Part shown: positions 58,899 through 64,000 of the stretch, piece by piece | How the letters are laid out: each line of letters begins with the position of its first letter | Numbering within the stretch: position 1 is the first letter of the stretch | IMG/VR virus record: IMGVR_UViG_3300020421_000004 | Origin: an uncultured virus (IMG/VR IMGVR_UViG_3300020421_000004) | Lineage: Duplodnaviria; Heunggongvirae; Uroviricota; Caudoviricetes | Length of the DNA stretch: 64,000 nucleotides | Direction: 5' to 3' (one strand) | The notes under the pieces: model-generated | Seen by the model: the letters and a program-made list of their open reading frames with translations, nothing else | The model's database searches: none | What the model was told of the DNA's origin: nothing | Program-made: the position numbers and the translations under genes

Positions 58899-61800
58899 TC
58901 ACCCAAGTGCAATCCAAGTTGAAGAAGAAGTTGCTATGAAAGTCTTAGCATTATATTGTGTAGTAATAGTAGTATTAGCAGAACCGTTGATTGTGTCGCT
59001 ACTATGCCCATCTATTGTTGTAGTACCTGCATGATCGCTTATGACAACAACTTGGTCGCCTGTTTTTGGTGAATCCCAAAGGGTAAATGTTCCCGCACCT
59101 GTGGCTCTAACGTAAGCACCTGCATGGGTATCTCTACTAAGTGCCGTTGTACCTGTACCCGAATAAGTTACCATTGAACCTGTAAATGCTCTAACACCCG
59201 CAGATGTATCATTAGTTTTGTTAGTACCTATTTCTAAAAAGTCAGTATGAGTATTAGCACACATAGCGGAAAGCATCAAGTTACCATCGGCTGTACCACT
59301 ACTTACATCAACCAAATTACACTCTATTTTAGCATAATCCCGTAAGTCATGTAAGAAAGGAGAAGCCATTCCTGTTTGACCACCCATAAACTTAATCAGA
59401 CCTAATATATCGTCATCTGCGACATCTCCGTCATCAACATAGCGTACTAAACTAACAACGGGTGCAGCACTAGAAGATGTTTCATCTGAAAAGAATGTAA
59501 ATTGACCCAAGCCTTTTGTTTTGAATGACATACCAACATCGGTTGTAGAACCTGTTGCCTCAAGACCCGGCCCTGTCATTCTGCCTGTACCTGTTGTATC
59601 TGTGCTTATTACATCATTACCAAACAAAGTACCATCTGCGTGATCAGCAATACCGTTCCAAACTTGTAAGTACGAATTTGCTTGCTGACCACCGCTACCG
59701 TCAGCAGTATGTTGGAAAAGCAACAACTCCCGACCATTACTTATTGCGTCTGCATAGATTCCCTTACCGTCATCAATTATTATATCATGGCCGTTAGTGT
59801 CCAAATCTCCACCGAGTTGTGGTGAAGTATCTTCAACAACATTGGATATTCCACCACCGCCTATTGCTGAACCGCCACTTGTCAATCCGTTAGGGAAATC
59901 TACTACACCTGTTGAAGCACCTTTAATCCAAGTAACGCCACCATCACCGGATGCGATTATTAATTGGTCGTCTGCTGTTGCCGAATCAGCATCAATAGCA
60001 CCGATAATTACGTTATTATCTCCCGATGTTATATTATCTCCTGCATTTCTTCCGAGCATTATATTATCTGTACCTGAATTAATTGCACCACCTGCGGTTA
60101 CACCAAGTAAAGTGTTATTACCACCTGTTGTTACGTTATCACCTGCACCATATCCTACAAGTGTATTTGCAGATGATGTTGCGTAGTAACCTGTTGCATA
60201 ACCAACAAACACATTTTGCCCGCCACTTGTTACTACCCTACCTGCATCTGCACCTACCGCTACGTTATTACCCGATGTGCATAGACCTAAAGCAGACATT
60301 CCTATCGCTACGTTTTGTCCATTTGTTGAAACAGCGTCTAATGCTTGATGACCAATTGCTATGTTATGGCCGCCCGTTGTTATTGATTTGCCCGCATCAT
60401 GTCCTATCGCTACATTTCCTGTGGCTGTTGTAATATTCGTTAAAGCGTAAGAACCTACAGCGGTGTTATCATCGCCTGTTGTTACATCTTCCATTGAATA
60501 ATGACCTAGTGCAGTATTGTAATTTGCACCTGTGGTGTTAGATGAATGACCTTTGAGAGCGTTTTGACCCATCGCTATGCTGCCTGTCGCTGCTTTCAAA
60601 CCAAACTTACCTGCATCATTTCCTACCGCTACGCTTTGTGTTGCATCTGTTGAGCCGTAGCCCGCTTGCATACCTACGAGAACATTGTTAGCCCCTATAT
60701 CCCCGTTACCTGCTGCTTCTGAACCAATAACAACATTCGACCCACCATCTTGTATTAGACCTCCTGCGTTATATCCTATTGCTATGTTGTGATCAGCACT
60801 TGTTAGTGCATCAAGAGAATAATTTCCAATTGCGATATTCTTTTCACCACCCGCAACAGCACCACCTAAAGCATCGTAACCTATTGCTATATTGTCGCTT
60901 TCTGTTGTAGCAGCATCCATGCTATTTGCACCGATAGCAATTACTCTTGTTCCCGATGTTACATTTAATGCCGCACTTGAACCTATTGCTACGTTATAAT
61001 CCGAAGTAAAATCTTGACCTGCTAAATAACCCATTATTGTGTTATTTGCCCCGCCTTGACCGTAAGCAAGTGCTTGATGACCCATAACTGTGTTATTTCC
61101 ACCTGTATTGTTTAATCCTACACTATTCCCAACAAACGTGTTATTGCTAGTAGCGCCTTCTGTACCTCTTTTACCTGCATTAACTCCAATAAAGGTATTG
61201 GTCGCACCTGAATTAAATCTTCCCGCATTATCTCCTATCGCAACTACACTAGAACTTGTCGTTAAGTATTGACCTGTTTCTCTACCAACTAATACGTTGT
61301 AACCACCCGAAGTAAGGTTCATACCCGCATCAGGGCCAACCACTACGTTGTAATCTCCACTTGTTAAGTCTTGAAATACATTCTTTCCAATACCAATGTT
61401 TTCTGTTGCACTACTTAGTGTTCCTGTTGTTGGTGCTGAACCATCACTATTTGGTTGAATGAGAATACCATCAACAAAGTTAGTAATATCCATTGTTACA
61501 TCTGTTAAGTCGCCTAATACAGAAGCACCACCACCTGCTGCTGCAATACGGTCATTAATCGCCGCAGATGTCATCAAGTGTTCATCAGAATCTACAAACT
61601 CACCCGCTACATCAATATCGTTAACAGCATGACCTCCAAGAGTAATACTACCGCTAAATGTCTTATTACCGCTAAATGTCTGTGTTCCCGAAAGATGTGC
61701 TGTGTCGGCGTCTAAGTAAGCAGAAGCAATCGCTGTTCCTTGCCATGTTCCTGTTCCTATTGTTCCTAATGTTGTAATACTTGTAGTACCTGCTGCTGCT

Positions 61801-63041
61801 ATTGCAGTACCACCAATAGTAATTGCATCCGATTCAAGTGTACCGTGGAAATATCCATCTTTGAATTGATAAGAGGAACTTCCTAGGTCAACACCTGCGT
61901 CGTCGGGAGGAAGCCACGCAGTAATGCTAGTATTTCCTAATACAACCGAGTTATCTGCTAAACCAACTGCACCTTGTCCAATGACAATTTGATTTGATGC
62001 ATTAACCGCACTAGGCTCGGCATCTGCTCCAACCACGGTGTTACTAGATCCTGTCGTGATTGTTTCGCCTGCATCGTGGCCCAGCAGAGTGTTGGAATCA
62101 CCCGTACTTACTGCTGTTCCTGCATTCTCTCCGATGGCAGTATTGTGGTTACCACCGTTGAGTACAAGGCCGCTTACATACTGTGTTAGTGAGTCTAACG
62201 CTCCCTCTCCAAGAGCAACGTTTTCTTGATCTGTTTCAAAATGGAACGGTCCAGTTATTACATCTCTGAAACCACCAACGTCTATTTCATTCATCATCTT
62301 TCTTCTGTCTGCACCACCATCTAAAATAATAAACTCGTCTGCATTATCGGTGACATCAGCAGTCATGTCTGTCAATTCTGACATATCAAGTGTTAGTGTC
62401 ACACCGCCAGTGGTACCACCTCCACTCAGCCCTACGCCTGCTGTGACAGCGGTTATGTCTCCACCACCTGCAGAACCAACAGAGTCGTCTACATATTTCT
62501 TAATTGATTGTTGAGTTGCTAAAGCGGTATCAGAATCAGAAGACATATCGTTTTCGTCTAGGATTGTAGTGACTCTACTGTTAGCACCGCCTAGTCTGAC
62601 CCCGCTATCACTGATATCGAGTCTTGTTGAGCCACCTGTTTCATATGTTTGCGTATCAGTACCAAATGCGATCGAATTGTTGGTATCTCCTGAATGTTGT
62701 ATTTCTCCTGCTACGGATACTGTGGAAGAAAAGGTCTTAGCCCCTGAAAAAGTTTGTGTTCCCGAAAGATGTGCTGTGTCAGCATCCAAGTAAGCAGAGG
62801 CAATCGCTGTTCCCTGCCATGTTCCTGTTCCAATAGTCCCGACTGTGACTATACTTGAACTGCCTGCTATAACACCAAATTTATCGTTGATTCCGGCTGA
62901 TGTCATAATATGTGCATCATCATCAGTAAACTCTCCTGAGTCGTCAACACCTGTGATTGTGTTGCCGTCTAAGACAATACCTGAGACCGTTGCATTGCCA
63001 GAGACAATTAATCCATTTTTTACTCTAAACTCATTTGCCAT
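58899..63041 (-). CDS. tail fibre/spike-like protein with beta-helix repeats
   Basis: Many N.AIG..A repeats; duplicated TIGTGTWQGTAIASAYLDADTAHLSGTQTFSG. Confidence 0.85.
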   Translation of the reverse strand: MANEFRVKNGLIVSGNATVSGIVLDGNTITGVDDSGEFTDDDAHIMTSAGINDKFGVIAGSSSIVTVGTIGTGTWQGTAIASAYLDADTAHLSGTQTFSGAKTFSSTVSVAGEIQHSGDTNNSIAFGTDTQTYETGGSTRLDISDSGVRLGGANSRVTTILDENDMSSDSDTALATQQSIKKYVDDSVGSAGGGDITAVTAGVGLSGGGTTGGVTLTLDMSELTDMTADVTDNADEFIILDGGADRRKMMNEIDVGGFRDVITGPFHFETDQENVALGEGALDSLTQYVSGLVLNGGNHNTAIGENAGTAVSTGDSNTLLGHDAGETITTGSSNTVVGADAEPSAVNASNQIVIGQGAVGLADNSVVLGNTSITAWLPPDDAGVDLGSSSYQFKDGYFHGTLESDAITIGGTAIAAAGTTSITTLGTIGTGTWQGTAIASAYLDADTAHLSGTQTFSGNKTFSGSITLGGHAVNDIDVAGEFVDSDEHLMTSAAINDRIAAAGGGASVLGDLTDVTMDITNFVDGILIQPNSDGSAPTTGTLSSATENIGIGKNVFQDLTSGDYNVVVGPDAGMNLTSGGYNVLVGRETGQYLTTSSSVVAIGDNAGRFNSGATNTFIGVNAGKRGTEGATSNNTFVGNSVGLNNTGGNNTVMGHQALAYGQGGANNTIMGYLAGQDFTSDYNVAIGSSAALNVTSGTRVIAIGANSMDAATTESDNIAIGYDALGGAVAGGEKNIAIGNYSLDALTSADHNIAIGYNAGGLIQDGGSNVVIGSEAAGNGDIGANNVLVGMQAGYGSTDATQSVAVGNDAGKFGLKAATGSIAMGQNALKGHSSNTTGANYNTALGHYSMEDVTTGDDNTAVGSYALTNITTATGNVAIGHDAGKSITTGGHNIAIGHQALDAVSTNGQNVAIGMSALGLCTSGNNVAVGADAGRVVTSGGQNVFVGYATGYYATSSANTLVGYGAGDNVTTGGNNTLLGVTAGGAINSGTDNIMLGRNAGDNITSGDNNVIIGAIDADSATADDQLIIASGDGGVTWIKGASTGVVDFPNGLTSGGSAIGGGGISNVVEDTSPQLGGDLDTNGHDIIIDDGKGIYADAISNGRELLLFQHTADGSGGQQANSYLQVWNGIADHADGTLFGNDVISTDTTGTGRMTGPGLEATGSTTDVGMSFKTKGLGQFTFFSDETSSSAAPVVSLVRYVDDGDVADDDILGLIKFMGGQTGMASPFLHDLRDYAKIECNLVDVSSGTADGNLMLSAMCANTHTDFLEIGTNKTNDTSAGVRAFTGSMVTYSGTGTTALSRDTHAGAYVRATGAGTFTLWDSPKTGDQVVVISDHAGTTTIDGHSSDTINGSANTTITTQYNAKTFIATSSSTWIALG

Positions 63042-63085
63042 GCACGGTTCACTTTCCCCAGTGCAAGGGTTTTAACACATTAATA

Positions 63086-64000
63086 TCATATTGCTGATAT
63101 TCTTTGTGTCACCGCCCTTACCTTAAACGACCCTGTTCCTGCTACGGCAGCGGGCACGAAATTTAATGTTATAGTATCTCCAGAAGTAGTGGCAGTGAAT
63201 GTCCCAAGTTCCACGTTGTTGAAAACAACTGCGTAGACTGTCATGAATGCTTCAGCAGTACTTGGATTGTCGTCTCCTAACAATAGTATTTCTGTAGTCA
63301 TTAAATCATTATTGGTTGTATCTTCAACTATTATGAAATACTTAGTGGCTTGATATACTGAGCAATTGAAAGCGTCTATTGCAGTTGCACCGTCACTCTC
63401 TCCAATTGCGGTTGCACCGGTACCCTTTGCTGCTGTTGCAACTCCTATATTGAACATAGAAGTTCCTGCTGTTTCGAACACAACGTGTTCGTTATCTGCT
63501 ACGTTGAGAACAATCTTTCCGTCAGCATCTAGGTTCATGTGGGCTGCTGCGGCAGCGTTATCGACTGTTGCGAGAGTAAATTCACCATTGGTTGCTGCTG
63601 TCATTGTTACGGTGTCGTTTGAAGAACCAGTCATTGTTATGACTTTTCCATCAACTTCAATATCGTCAACAGTCAAAGCAGATGCTGCTATTTCACCACT
63701 ACTGCCGTAAATAACTGCTTTAGAGTTTACAACAGTGTCTGCAACAGCAGTATCTAGTAAATTCAACTCTGCTGGGGTTGAAGTTATTGTTTCAGTGACA
63801 GCCACAGCCATTATAGCCATATGACCCCCTAGATCTGGCATTGTTATTGTTCTGTCAGCAGTTGCATCCGCCGCAGTAAGTATTACTTCATGGTCATTGC
63901 CATCTCCTGCTCTAAATGCTAATGAGTTGTCTTCTACAACCTGTACTGTTTCACTATGGTAAATAGTATCTCCTGTTACAGTTAAATTACCTGCAATCTC
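63086..64000 (-). CDS. tail-fibre-like structural protein, 5'-truncated by the window
   Basis: Frame is open to the window edge (EIAGNLTVTG...); TPAELNLLD motif. Confidence 0.75.
   Translation of the reverse strand, partial: EIAGNLTVTGDTIYHSETVQVVEDNSLAFRAGDGNDHEVILTAADATADRTITMPDLGGHMAIMAVAVTETITSTPAELNLLDTAVADTVVNSKAVIYGSSGEIAASALTVDDIEVDGKVITMTGSSNDTVTMTAATNGEFTLATVDNAAAAAHMNLDADGKIVLNVADNEHVVFETAGTSMFNIGVATAAKGTGATAIGESDGATAIDAFNCSVYQATKYFIIVEDTTNNDLMTTEILLLGDDNPSTAEAFMTVYAVVFNNVELGTFTATTSGDTITLNFVPAAVAGTGSFKVRAVTQRISAI

Overview
This window is part of a large dsDNA virus genome, most likely a tailed virus of marine archaea (Poseidoniales/Thermoplasmata-like host, by inference). Evidence: archaeal-type PolB, group II chaperonin, short archaeal Rpo5, TATA boxes with leaderless starts, and tail-fibre-like genes. 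It encodes RNA polymerase subunits: a fused Rpo1 (A'+A'') with NADYDGD, and Rpo5. The most striking part is the minus-strand block at 1-23 kb. Three identical promoter-like elements drive it. About 30 signals of the form stem + ANYA|G (mostly ACUA|G) punctuate it, separating genes and also delimiting ORF-free structured RNAs of 120 to about 2170 nt. Several of these RNAs have paired termini and a tRNA-like 4-nt 3' tail (ACCA/ACUA), and five carry the same kink-turn near the 5' end. The middle of the window holds transcription, replication and repair genes. The right end holds membrane/virion genes, an Arf/Ras-like small GTPase, the chaperonin and tail-fibre-like proteins. All calls come from manual motif reading; no database searches were run.
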